From the NCBI GenBank assembly GCA_002633005.1, contig NMRA01000217.1:610228-674227 (forward strand): a stretch of 64,000 nucleotides of DNA, given 5' to 3'. The first letter of the stretch is position 1. The number at the start of each line of letters is the position of its first letter. The position numbers and the translations under genes are program-made. Of this stretch, positions 40,415 through 53,163 are shown piece after piece. Source of the stretch: Phoronis australis (taxonomy: Eukaryota; Animalia; Phoronida). Under the pieces are notes generated by a model that worked only from the letters and a program-made list of their open reading frames with translations, made no database searches and was not told the origin of the DNA.

Positions 40415-42325
40415 CTGAAACAGTATGAAGGATTAAGTGCATGCATTCAAAACTGCGGCTGCCAGCGAAACGTGTTATTCATATCGAATTTCAATACTAA
40501 AATTTCAGAGATTCAGTTGAAATCATTTCACGAGTGACGACGGCCGAATGCATGCAGCGGTCCCAGTAGAGCCTCTACTGAATTCTCGCTCTCTGGCCGC
40601 GTTTCGGCGGGACCTTCTATATTAATATGGAAGGCTCCGCTTTTGGCGCCCGAAATTCAATTTTGCTTATGTCATTATAATAAGAATAAGTCATTTTGAA
40701 TAATATGCTGTTTTCAGCACATTTGTAGGATTTGTTTCCCCACTAATGTTATACTTCCAGGCATTAAATCTTCACATAAACTCGAGTTATTAACCCAGGA
40801 TTATCACTGGAGTCTCTGGATCGAATCTAACCGTCAAGCAAATTTAGACAAGACCTTTTTTCTGTGTAAACACACTATTTTCGACAGTGACTGTGACACT
40901 GATCAGGGCTCCGTTAAACGAAATGTGATATATAAGGCCTAAGCACTACTGAACAACATTTTGCCAATGCTGTTCGTAGCAAATTGCGCACTTAACTAAT
41001 AATTTATACAGCATTGTAAGTGCTTCAAGTGCAGACTGTATTTCCTGGTCTTTTGCCGTCAACACGTTGAAACGGAATTAAATCCGTGCTTTCTATTAAA
41101 ACAAATTTTGAATTAGGCCATTTGCCGTAATTGACCTTTAGTTGACATTACGCTAACTCTGTTTAGAAGGGAAAATGGAACCTTCTGTATTTTAAGTCAA
41201 AGCTCAAAAACTTTCAGGTGACACATCGTGATTTTCTTAGTTTAGCATGAGAATAAAAAGCCGTCATTTCTTTCCAAGCCCGCCAGCAAGCATCAATTAT
41301 TGTGACTAAACAGCAAATTGGGACCAAATTCATAATGATAATAGGTCTAAATCAAAGCTAGCACGGATTTTAATGCCGTTTTAAGGCACAAGTATTTATG
41401 ACTTGATGAGTTGTTCGTTCCAACAAGCAACCGAGAGGCACTGACTATCGACAACTACAGTGTATCTACATGTTCAGGAGTTTACGAAAACAAGTCGAGG
41501 CACCACATCACATCGGAAGTCTCCAAAGGTGTTGCTTCTCGTATTTAGTAACGGAAGTGAAAAAATAAGCTGTTTAATCAAGGATAAAGGAGACATCAGT
41601 TCTGATTTTATGTTCGGAAGTTCCGCCAGAAAGAAGCAGAGCCACAATAAATCTGTTTATTGTCTAAACATGTTTTAAAGTTGTATGCAGCGTGGCGTTA
41701 ACTACATGTATATCTATTCGCATCACCGTTTTCCTTGTGACTTTAATGCTAGCGTTAACACTCAAAACCTGTCTCCATTCATCATTCGTAACATCCACAT
41801 TGTCTTTATACTTATCTGTTTATCAGTGTAAGTGATATCAGTAATAGAAATTACCACAAGATTGAGTGTCGCTAAGTAACGTAGTTCCATTAAAGTGACA
41901 TGATCGGCGAGAAAAGAGGATATCCGAAAACAGCCCCAGCGGGGAATGAATCCGGTAACCTTTTTGGGTTCACATCTTAACTCTGTGTTGACTAGCTAAA
42001 TTATGTTCTAGACATGGCAAGAAACTTTAAGTGTGTTTAATCCGTTTATAACGTCACAGGCCAGCTTGATGGCAAGCAAATGTCGGACAAACATCAACGA
42101 TAATTGACTGTTAGCAATAAAATGAAAAAAAATACATTGGTTCTGGTCAAAACTAATATCTTTAAAAAGTATCCCACCCAACAATAATTGTAAATCGCGT
42201 TTTCCCGCCGTAAAATAATGCGATAGTATCCCTTCAAATCGGCGAAAAATATCCAGTCGTTCAAACCATTGTGTCTGCAATACCGTGTCTAAACGCTGTA
42301 CATTTCAGTACCAGTTTGGATTTAC

Positions 42326-42404
42326 CTGTAACTGTGATATTGAACAACACAAACGCCGCTATGGCCGCCAACAAACAGCCCCGAAATGCGAGGTTATTCT
42401 CCAT
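42326..42404 (-). CDS. Signal-peptide first exon MENNLAFRGCLLAAIAAFVLFNITVT
   Basis: agaATGG start, hydrophobic core, ACAG/gtaaat phase-1 donor. Joins in frame to the exon starting at 40414. Confidence 0.78.
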
Positions 42405-42775
42405 TCTGTCTCGGTCTCTTCTTTATGGGTCTCTGTGAATCTAGTGAAATATTTCCTATGAATTACCAAGCCGAAACAACACTAGCTGCGTGTGACGTTA
42501 TTACTTCGAGTGAAATGAATACCATTATTTTTTAATTAGGCTAACAGGTATAGCGGTTTGTATTGTTCTACGGCAAAACGTGAGAGCCTTATTATTTATA
42601 GCGAAACGATTAATCGATGATATGGTAATAGTTGATCAAAATCCCTACCAAACCATATTTTTTTAATTTGCACAGGTCAAAAATCGAGTAGGAGATTCGC
42701 AGTTTTAGCAACGAAAACGTGACGTTACTGAAATCATTTGTATTATGAAAATGGCTGCGCTTGTGCTCATTGTTG

Positions 42776-42975
42776 TGATGGTGTTATTGACGACGACAAT
42801 TATGGTGATGGTGATGAAGACGATGTGAATGACGATAATGATGATAATGGTGACAATGATGGTGTTGCTGATGATGTTGATGACGATGATGATGGTAGTA
42901 GTGGTCGCAGTGGTGGCTATGATGATGGCAGTTTTGATGCTACTAAAGTACTAAAGATGACGATGACGATGATAA
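42776..42975. repeat. Degenerate (GAT/GGT)n trinucleotide repeat
   Basis: Direct reading. Confidence 0.9.
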
Positions 42976-43419
42976 CCGGCGGATTTTCATATAGGATGAG
43001 AACATTGTTGCAAGGACGTTGGCAATGCCGAGCGGTATTCAGTGTACAGGGGCCGATAGATAGCGCTAGTGTATGCTGAATCATAGGATTGTCGCCGTGG
43101 ACACAATCTGCTGAATGTCCTACGAGTTACCGCCTGTTAGTAGTGTTAGAAATTCACATTCATATACCCATCCAGATATTTGTTATTACGCCATCTAATG
43201 ATACGCAGATGTTCAAGCTTGGGTGCTTAGTGAATACTCGTTTTTGGCCAGTCGAGTGAGAGGGCTAGTTTAACTGAAGACGCCGAGTGGCGAGTCACCA
43301 TGCAACCTGTGCGCACGCTATGCTCAACATCAAGTATAAGAACCTTAGACTATACCACATATAACCTTTAAGCGGCATAAGATGTGAAAATTGACTAAAT
43401 TGCATTATTCATGGCGGTT

Positions 43420-44328
43420 NNNNNNNNNNNNNNNNNNNNNNNNNNNNNNNNNNNNNNNNNNNNNNNNNNNNNNNNNNNNNNNNNNNNNNNNNNNNNNNNN
43501 NNNNNNNNNNNNNNNNNNNNNNNNNNNNNNNNNNNNNNNNNNNNNNNNNNNNNNNNNNNNNNNNNNNNNNNNNNNNNNNNNNNNNNNNNNNNNNNNNNNN
43601 NNNNNNNNNNNNNNNNNNNNNNNNNNNNNNNNNNNNNNNNNNNNNNNNNNNNNNNNNNNNNNNNNNNNNNNNNNNNNNNNNNNNNNNNNNNNNNNNNNNN
43701 NNNNNNNNNNNNNNNNNNNNNNNNNNNNNNNNNNNNNNNNNNNNNNNNNNNNNNNNNNNNNNNNNNNNNNNNNNNNNNNNNNNNNNNNNNNNNNNNNNNN
43801 NNNNNNNNNNNNNNNNNNNNNNNNNNNNNNNNNNNNNNNNNNNNNNNNNNNNNNNNNNNNNNNNNNNNNNNNNNNNNNNNNNNNNNNNNNNNNNNNNNNN
43901 NNNNNNNNNNNNNNNNNNNNNNNNNNNNNNNNNNNNNNNNNNNNNNNNNNNNNNNNNNNNNNNNNNNNNNNNNNNNNNNNNNNNNNNNNNNNNNNNNNNN
44001 NNNNNNNNNNNNNNNNNNNNNNNNNNNNNNNNNNNNNNNNNNNNNNNNNNNNNNNNNNNNNNNNNNNNNNNNNNNNNNNNNNNNNNNNNNNNNNNNNNNN
44101 NNNNNNNNNNNNNNNNNNNNNNNNNNNNNNNNNNNNNNNNNNNNNNNNNNNNNNNNNNNNNNNNNNNNNNNNNNNNNNNNNNNNNNNNNNNNNNNNNNNN
44201 NNNNNNNNNNNNNNNNNNNNNNNNNNNNNNNNNNNNNNNNNNNNNNNNNNNNNNNNNNNNNNNNNNNNNNNNNNNNNNNNNNNNNNNNNNNNNNNNNNNN
44301 NNNNNNNNNNNNNNNNNNNNNNNNNNNN
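43420..44328. other. Assembly gap (909 N), followed by (TA)n
   Basis: Direct reading. Confidence 1.
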
Positions 44329-44362
<34 letters not shown>

Positions 44363-44963
44363 CATATAGGACATACCACTGACATTATTCTTTTGAATGG
44401 TAAATCCTCTCTTTATATATATAATAGATTGATTAATGAATTTGCAAGTGTGGTATTGTCTGGGCAATACCTTATCAAGTATTCAATTTAAGTCTTTTTT
44501 TCGAAGCTCATTTATTTGATAAAAGCTCATTTCAAGTGAGAAGGTGTGGGTTAAATTTTTAATTTTGATGAAAACATTGTTATTTCCAAGTTTCCCTCCA
44601 AATGATGTAATGAATAGAAGACGTTTGATCTCTTGACAATCAATTGCAATTGCAGCAAAAAGCAGAACAGAAGACGAGGACGATTATGAGCGTGAACTGG
44701 GTAATTATTATGCAGGCAAATCGAGAGGAGAGTGGATACGGGATTCGCACTCAAGTACTAAAAGGATCATACATCCCACATACATGTAGCGAACTTTTGT
44801 CGGCTTTGGGGCCATATGACCTGCTTTAGTACACGACAAATGCCGCAGACAGTGTGAGCCAGAACCAACTGAACCAAGAAATGGTCAATATTCACAAAAT
44901 AGACACTTAATATTCACTGGACAAAGCCTCGTGAAACCCGATTCACCCGTATTCACTGTTGCC

Positions 44964-47900
44964 ATAATGGAATATGTTATCACGTTCTAAACAATGCATT
45001 AGCCTACACTTTACGAGTGATAGCACTCGATCTGGGCCGAGGTCAAGGGCCTGGCATCACTAACCCTAGAATGGAACCAGCTGGTTCGTCACTTACAAAT
45101 GTAGAAATACACTTACAAGGTGGCGAGTCCATTATCGTAACGCCGCTTTTGCGTTTATTGGAAGTGGTTCCCGACCTAATCGTATGTTGCACCGTGTTAT
45201 TCTACTTTCTTGTACGGCGCGAAAACGATGGCATTTCTGTCCAACTTTCACGCCTTTCGAAATGTCGAACACAGAGTCGTTCTCAGTCAAGTTGCAGCCT
45301 CAACATTAGCATCTTTTCATGTCTGAAAAAAGAGACTCTCCGCGCGCATTCCTCACAACTCCTCAGTATTGCACTCGTAAAAACAACAACGGCGCCAGGT
45401 TTTCCAACCATGACGTACAGTTGTACAACCCGGCTAACAGAAAAATGGCTTTTTTATTTTTGGCTCGTTTCTTACCAACAGATGTACTAAAGGGTATTAA
45501 TTCTCTTACGATGTAGTACTGATTCTTTTTGAGATACATTGTCATTATGGGAACTCTTTAAAAGAGACGATTGAGGATATTTTCTCGCAGAACCTTAACG
45601 CTTAACAATATTACCCTCAAAGGTAAAAATTTAGAAACACGTACTGTGAATACTATATTGTATTGCATTTATTTATTTTAGTCACAAGTACAATTAATTC
45701 AAACAGTTATAGATATAACATTCGTAAGAAATTTATGTACCCAGCCCAGTTGGTCTTATTAGTCACTTCACTACACATCTCATATGCACCATATATGACA
45801 CGTTTTCTCAGTTCAAAAGCAGACTTGATATATTTGGCGAATCGCCTAGGGAAATGCTTAAACAGCAGTATTAACGTATGTAGTCTTCTGAAATCTGCAT
45901 GTTTCGGAACTTGAAGTGAAACCCTATTTTAATTGCATTTAAAAATGCATGTAGAATAGTCCTCCGTGAGTTATAAATAGAACAGTCATAACTCCTCTTT
46001 TGGTGCTCAGCACTGACTTCACTGCGTGCTGTGTTTGAATCACAAAGTCTCTGCAAGTAATCCTCTTGTGATTTCTCATTGGCTGATGCTTACAACATTT
46101 CTGACGCCTGAAGAAAATTTTAAACCAATCATATCCTTCTTATACTGAATTCTGATGACTAAACATATCACAGGGCCCGGTCTCCAGTCTCCGTACTCGG
46201 ACTCGAATAATTCAAACTCAAACTTCATACTCAACTCGAGTACAGATTCAGCTTTGGTGTATTCATTGTCATACTCCAAAAATCTATACTCGAAATTTCG
46301 AGCTCGTACTCAATTTTCGACTATACTCGAACTGAAGTGTATCTCATCTATATTTCGAGTACGATTTTGAGTAACAGTCCGAGTATATGCTGCAAATTTC
46401 AAGTTTGGTCTGGCAGTGTGCTTGAAATCGTACTCGCAAATACATGTAAATACGAGCGAGGGAACAAAATATCGAAAGGCCACCGAGAGACACAGCAAAC
46501 GTAAAGAAATTAAGTCCTCTTACCACATTTCAGTGCTTCAGTATAATTTCAGAGATAGTAGTTTCATTTCAAATCTTCTTACTCTTATTAACCCGCCGTA
46601 TCACTGGATGTCATCGCCGTCAATTTATAAACTCCTTCTTACCGTACGATTCCTGGCAACAGTCGCATTCGAATCATTATTGTCGAAAGCTGTTGTGGGG
46701 GAAATGTCGTGTTAGAAGTTTTTGCTGCCCTTATTTCAGTAGGTGTTGCTTACGGTTTCCAAAAGATGAGGAGGTGAGGATAGTTAAAAACAGTTTGCNA
46801 TAATGGAATATGTTATCACGTTCTAAACAATGCATTAGCCTACACTTTACGAGTGATAGCACTCGATCTGGGCCGAGGTCAAGGGCCTGGCATCACTAAC
46901 CCTAGAATGGAACCAGCTGGTTCGTCACTTACAAATGTAGAAATACACTTACAAGGTGGCGAGTCCATTATCGTAACGCCGCTTTTGCGTTTATTGGGAG
47001 TGGTTCCCGACCTAATCGTATGTTCCACCGTGTTATTCTACTTTCTTGTACGGCGCGAAAACGATGGCATTTCTGTCCAACTTTCACGCCTTTCGAAATA
47101 TCGAACACAGAGTCGTTCTCAGTCAAGTTGCAGCCTCAACATTAGCATCTTTTCATGTCTGAAAAAAGAGACTCTCCGCGGGCATTCCTCACAACTCCTC
47201 AGCATTGCACTCGTAAAAACAACAATGGCGCCAGGTCTTCCAACCATGACGTACAGTTAAGTTGTACAACCCGGCTAGCAGAAAAATGGCTTTTTTATTT
47301 TTGGCTCGTTTCTTACCAACAGATGTACTAAAGGCTATTAATTCTCTTACGATGTAGTACTGATTCTTTTTGAGATACATTGTCATTATGGGAACTCTTT
47401 AAAAGAGACGATTGAGGATATTTTCTCGCAGAACCTTAACGCTTAACAATATTGCCCTCAAAGGTAAAAATTTAGAAACACGTACTGTGAATACTATATT
47501 GTATTGTATTTATTTATTTTAGTCACAAGTACAATTAATTCAAACAGTTATAGATATAACATTCGTAAGAAATTTATGTACCCAGCCCAGTTGGTCTTAT
47601 TAGTCACTTCACTACACATCTCATATCTCAGCTTGGTGTATTCATTGTCATACTCAAAAAATCTATACTCGAAATTTCGAGCTCGTACTCAATTTTCGAC
47701 TATACTAGAACTGAAGTGTATCTCATCTATATTTCGAGTACGATTTTGAGTAACATTCCGAGTATATGCTCCAAATTTCAAGTTTGGTCTGGCAGTGCGC
47801 TTGAAATCGTACTCGCAAATACATGTAAATACGAGCGAGGGAACAAAATATCGAAAGGCCACCGAGAGACACAGCAAACGTAAAGAAATTAAGTCCTCTT

Positions 47901-48177
47901 ACCACATTTCGGTGCTTCAGTATAATTTCAGAGATAATAGTTTCATTTTAAGTCTTCTTACTCTTATTAACCCGCCGTATCACTGGATGTCATCGCCGTC
48001 AATTTATAAACTCCTTCTTACCCTACGATTCCTGGCAACAGTCGCATTCGAATCATTATTGTCGAAAGCTATTGTGGGGGAAATGTCGTGTTAGAAGTTT
48101 TTGCTGCCCTTATTTCAGTAGGTGTTGCTTACGGTTTCCAAAAGATGAGGAGGTGAGGATAGTTAAAAACAGTTTGC
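44964..48177. repeat. Near-identical tandem duplicate across single N at 46799; the second copy lacks ~460 bp
   Basis: 44964-46798 vs 46800-48177. Segment ~45787-46247 is absent from the second copy. Confidence 0.88.
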
Positions 48178-50348
48178 TTCCCTGTCAGGTACATTTCACA
48201 TCATATTTTAGTCATCTATAATTCCTCAACCCCCGAATTGTATTCCAAATTTTGTTTGCCGATTTCTAATAAGACAAGTCTCGTCCCGTTCACTCGTGAA
48301 GTCTGAATGCCTGCGCATATACTGTTTTGTAAGTCACGCGCCAAATGTCAACTGACTTGATACATCCTGGTAAAATACAAACTTTAAGATACAGTATTAA
48401 AGTTTTGACATCAGCGTAAGCCTACACAGCAATGTATTCTATAGACCCAATTCACGCGGCAGACATTAAAATCCAAAGCGAGGCTCACTGCGATAAACAA
48501 AGCCGAAGTTGACATTGCATGAGTTAAATGGCCGGTCTTTTGAGTCCAACCTGGATATTAAATCTTAAAAATATGTCAATAATAACCCCCAGAGACGTAA
48601 AAAAATCATTAGAGAATAAGTCAATGCACCAACGAGTTGTCTGGCGAAAGGGTATAAGCTTTTCTCGGAAAACTAGGTTCATAACATGAAAATAGATACG
48701 ACCAAATTGCGGCGATCAACGTATTACGTCTAGGTATTATGCTGAACGCAGGGTTACGTTTGTTCTTGTAAATTGCTGATAATAATGCTAATTTCTACAC
48801 TAACCAGTTCGTCTGCTCTTAATGTTGACGAGTTGATGAAATATTCGACAGCATTTTGATGTCATGTGCATCTGGTTTAATTTGTTAATCAAGAATATTA
48901 ACATCAAGAAGAGCTAGGTCCTGGTGAGGTAGGGACTACCGCGACTAACAATTGATTTGTCATTGATCTGAAAGAATAATTGGTGTTATTAATTATATTT
49001 TATTAACATAAAAAATTGGCTCGTAATTGAAAATAAAAATTCATTGACCATCAATTCTGCTTTCTTGGTTTTAATAATTCTTACGTCTATTGCATGTGTT
49101 AGGTTTCAAATATCAATCTGTACCAAGTTGAATTTTAAAATTAAAACACAAACCTAATTCGTTCGTTTAAAGCATAACCTCATTTTAGAGCTCAATTTAG
49201 TTAACTGCACAGAGCAACCATAATTACCATGTTTCTCCACGGGCCTCGTTCATCTCGGCGAGGGGAAAGATGCCTGTGCCTTCAAAAGGTGGATTTTTTC
49301 GCCGAGTGACGGGAAAAATCTAGCTCCCAATAACTATCAATAAGACTCCCGCCCTGTTGCAAGCCCTCATAGGCTATGTCTCAAATAGAATTTTGTGCTC
49401 TTTCAAATTGTCACGTGGTGTGGTTCACTCCAGATGATTTGAACTTCGAAGAGAATTTTCCAATCACATTTTTAGGCCTCGTGGTGGAATTTCGCGTGAA
49501 TTTTTAATATTTTTAGAGGGGAATAGAGCCGATATTCCGACCCAAAATCGGGGGATTGAGGGCCCTGTCCTTTTTGGAAAGAAAAATGCATTATGAAAAC
49601 ACACTGAGCCTGGCTGGCCGAAGATTCTCAAGTCGTCATTACTCGGCAACGAGATGCTATCAAATATGATCTAACTTTTCGAAAACATTTATAAACTTTA
49701 TACGGACATATTTTCTTTCGTCGCTTCTGCATCTCAGCGTCCTTAGTCGGAGATTATTAAACGACTGTTGAATGTTCATATATTTCCTAGCCGTTCGAGC
49801 AACGAGGAATACAGCTATCGTAGCAAGCATCGTTTTGGAACTCGCCTCCTGTCGGCGTGAATAAGGTCTATGTAAGAACTAAATTAGCAAGAGAGAACAG
49901 GGGTTCTTTGATAAGATCTGTTACAAATTTCTTAAGACATTTTCGGGAGATGAGGAACTCAAGAAGTAAAGCTTAACAATTGTCAAATGTATCAAAGAAA
50001 TGGTATATGAATATTGTATTGAAACTGAAAAAAATGAATAACAGAACACTCAGAATTCCACGTTAGGCATATACTCTTGTAGTTGTAGCGACAGCAGACA
50101 ATCATGTGGTTGCTGGGGTGGTCTATGCCAATAGGGAGCGATGAATCAGCGCGACTTTTGCATGGTTTGGCATTTCACATCATAAATAGTTCCATAGCAA
50201 CTCGAGTATGAGTGTCAGATTTGAGTACGTTTGGAGTCTACTCGAAATGTGACATTAGCTAAGCTTTTTTGAGTACGACTCCTGTGAGCACGACTTTGAG
50301 TACGAAATCTCGAGTATGAGTCTGAGTACGGAGATTAGAGACCGGGCC
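46174..50348. mobile_element. Non-autonomous PIF/Harbinger-like element, CAG TSD
   Basis: TIRs ggcccggtctccagtctccgtactcggactc / gagtctgagtacggagattagagaccgggcc; CAG at 46171-46173 and 50349-50351; subterminal TACTCGA repeats. Related terminus at 39985-40207. Confidence 0.75.
48443..49869. mobile_element. Nested TIR element with AT TSD
   Basis: at-agacccaattcacgcggcag ... ctgtcggcgtgaataaggtct-at. Confidence 0.55.
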
Positions 50349-50468
50349 CAGGCGTTGTACTCTCACCATCTGGAAGCTGCATGCACTTGGCTGAACACGT
50401 GGCTACACTTATAGTCACAATGTATTTAGCAATTTGACCATGTTTTGAAGCTACCAACACACTTTATA

Positions 50469-51989
50469 CTTAACTTACTTTAAACACTTGATGGAACTGT
50501 GCTCAACGGTCATCTTCAGTTGGACTTCTGCTGTCCTTAATGGTTTTGTCCCTACACCAAGACCATCTCTAGTAGGCGGGACAACAGAGTTGATCAGGCT
50601 CTGCCTGACGGTTGTTGATGGTATTGCTGTTGGTGCTTCATCCATATCCAACAAGATGCTTGTTCAGCTTCGGTGGCCACATCGCGTAGAAGAACCTTTT
50701 TCCTGTCGCAGAGACGCCCAGAGACCTTGCCATAGCAGTAACCGAGCTGGCCGGAAAACCACGGCAACCAACCTCCACAGAAAAACTCCAACACCTCCAG
50801 CCGTTAACGTGGCAGTCACTCCTCAGATCAGTATATTTCAGGTTCTTCCGCTCATGAGCCTCTTCTACCCTACTCTCCCACGGAATGGTGAGCTCGATCA
50901 GGATGATCTGGTGGGAACTGTCCGAATAAAGAATCAAGTCAGGGCGCTGGGTAGTCTGGACAATGTGCTGTGGGAAGGATGACTGGTGACCCGCAAGATC
51001 AACCCACAATTTCCAGTCGTTGGCTGTGTGAAGGATGCCTTTTTGCGCTGGTGTCTTCTTCTTACTTGCCTCATCGCCACTTCTTCTGATACTGATAAAT
51101 TCGATCCGGTGGCTTCTTGACTTTGGTTTACTCTTGACTTCGTCAACCAACACCCTTGCGAAAACTTTCAGTACCTGGTTGTGTCGGTAGGTGTACTTTC
51201 CTGATGCCAAAGACGCGCTGCAAGATGACAGAATGTGTTCTAAAGAACATCTGCGTCCACACTGAATACAGCTCGGGTTGTCAGTAAGACCCCAAATAGC
51301 AAGGTTGCTGGGAGTAGGCAGTACATCATAAACAGATCTGATGAGAAACTTTGCTTTCAAAGGCGACATCTTCCACAAGTCCGCCCACTTTATTTCCCTT
51401 TGCAAGACTTTGTCCCACTTCGTCCACGCCCCCTGCTGACCCATCTGAACTGCTCGGGCATACCTTCCTTCGTTCTCTGACAATCTAACTTCTCTGATTA
51501 TTCTGTCTCTGTCTGGGTTTTTAAGTCTCTTCCTTGCTGGATTCCCGGTCTTGTAGCCCAGTCCTTGCCTACCCTGGCAAGCACTCCCTATCAGTTGCTT
51601 GTGCCTCAGCCGGCTTTCTGCTTCGCTGATTGCCGACGTGGTGGACCACTTACTGCCGGTACGTGACTGGGTGATGCAACCACTGATAACCTGGTCAGAT
51701 GTATTCCGCAGAGTGATACTGGCTCGCACTTTGGTAACTTTATATTCCTCCACCACAGATGAGACCGGTAGAACGAGTTTCGAAGACTTGCAGTACAGCC
51801 CGACGTTGCTGAATGATGCAGGTAGACCAAGCCACCTTCGAATGAACCGGCTCGCTGCTCTTTCCATTTCCTCAGCTGAAGACGATGTGACGTCGTAGAT
51901 TAACAGTGGCCACATAAGCTTCGGGAGCAAGATGAACTGGTAGCACCAAAGCTTGAATCTTCCGGGTATGCCGTCTTTGTCGATCTTCT
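50469..51989 (-). mobile_element. 5'-truncated non-LTR retrotransposon of the RLE class (HERO-like): RT C-terminus, CCHC knuckle, restriction-like endonuclease
   Basis: ORF 50638..51930 has CIQC..HILSSC, YTYRHNQVL, RPDLILY..IELTIPWE..K..KY and VEVGCRGF. A frameshift near 50700 continues as EAEQASCWIWMK. AAGT-like tail. Imperfect TSD caacacactttata (50455-50468) / caacatactctata (51990-52003). Confidence 0.92.
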
Positions 51990-53163
51990 CAACATACTCT
52001 ATAGAATTGACTTACCTTGTGTTTACACGAGCAGATCCAGGATTTTTAATGGGGATCGGATCAAGGATTAATAAAACGGGGTTCCATGTCAACAACTCTA
52101 GATTTGATATCACTTAAATAAACGAAAAACTTAGGTTCCGGACACCCTTGAACCCCTGGATCCGCTTATGGTTTAGTTGGTTGAGAAGCACTGCTGGACC
52201 TGAAAAATCGGCGTAATCATGGAATTCCAGGTTTGCTCAAGTTAACTATAGATTGATCAGACGACCACGTTCCCGGTATGACTGTGGCAATATTCTGTTA
52301 TCCATGTAAAACGGCAGCTTTCATCTGAGCTTGTCCACGTTTTAAACGAATAGGCATATTGGTATTTAAATTTAGGTTGCACACAACTACCCAACGATTC
52401 CAGAATACACAAGCTTATGTTCAAAGTCTTTTCATGGAAGAAGACGTTAAAATTGCAAAGATTATATTTCCGATTGTGATACTTGAGTTGTGCAGAGAGT
52501 TCTTCATACACTGTTGATTGTTACATGGAATTTAAGAAACTTAGATTGAAAGTCACTAAAATGGTTTCTACAGAGTACGTAGTGTTCTAAGAAAAACCAG
52601 GGCGGCGCTGGCGAATGGAGTTCTTGTCAAGGAAGGATTGTTGAAATCAGCTCCGTTATCCACTTTTGCTTCGTCCATAGCTACCACTCCTCGGGAATAG
52701 TCCTCACCACCCCCTTGAAAACCAAAGTAAAACCAGCGGTCCGCTTATCGGTCGCTCAACAATATACTTGTAATTGAGAGAAGGTATACAAATGCCATCC
52801 ACAAGACACTCGAAGCAATTCAAAGCATGTAATTCTGGGAGCAATGTGCGTCACACCTAACATTATGTGGTAGTGCAACACGTTCGCTAGTTATGTTGAT
52901 ATTGAAACAAATGGACACCCTAAATTAACTGGCAACATGGCAAAGACGTCTCAACTAGCCTGTGCTCGGTCGTCAAGACGCTTACGTCAACTAAAAGCAG
53001 CACATGGTGACAATGCTGACAGTAATTCACGATCGGGAAGAGATCAACAAATCTTGACCTGCTGTGATGAGGTCAATATGATATGGTTCGCTCTCTTATG
53101 TAATTCGACTTATTTCCAGATAATCTTTCCAGTAAGTAAAACTCATACACGTGTATCTACAAT

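Noticed and set aside
42738-43079. Asp-rich 113-aa ORF
   Set aside because: Translation of a degenerate (GAT)n microsatellite; no splice or homology support.
43391-44491. Four long ORFs of 320-366 aa
   Set aside because: They consist of X residues translated from the N gap.
45017-47260. Duplicated 157/135-aa ORFs as a gene pair
   Set aside because: They lie in the haplotype duplicate around N46799; one copy is truncated by a 5-bp insertion, and there is no recognisable domain.
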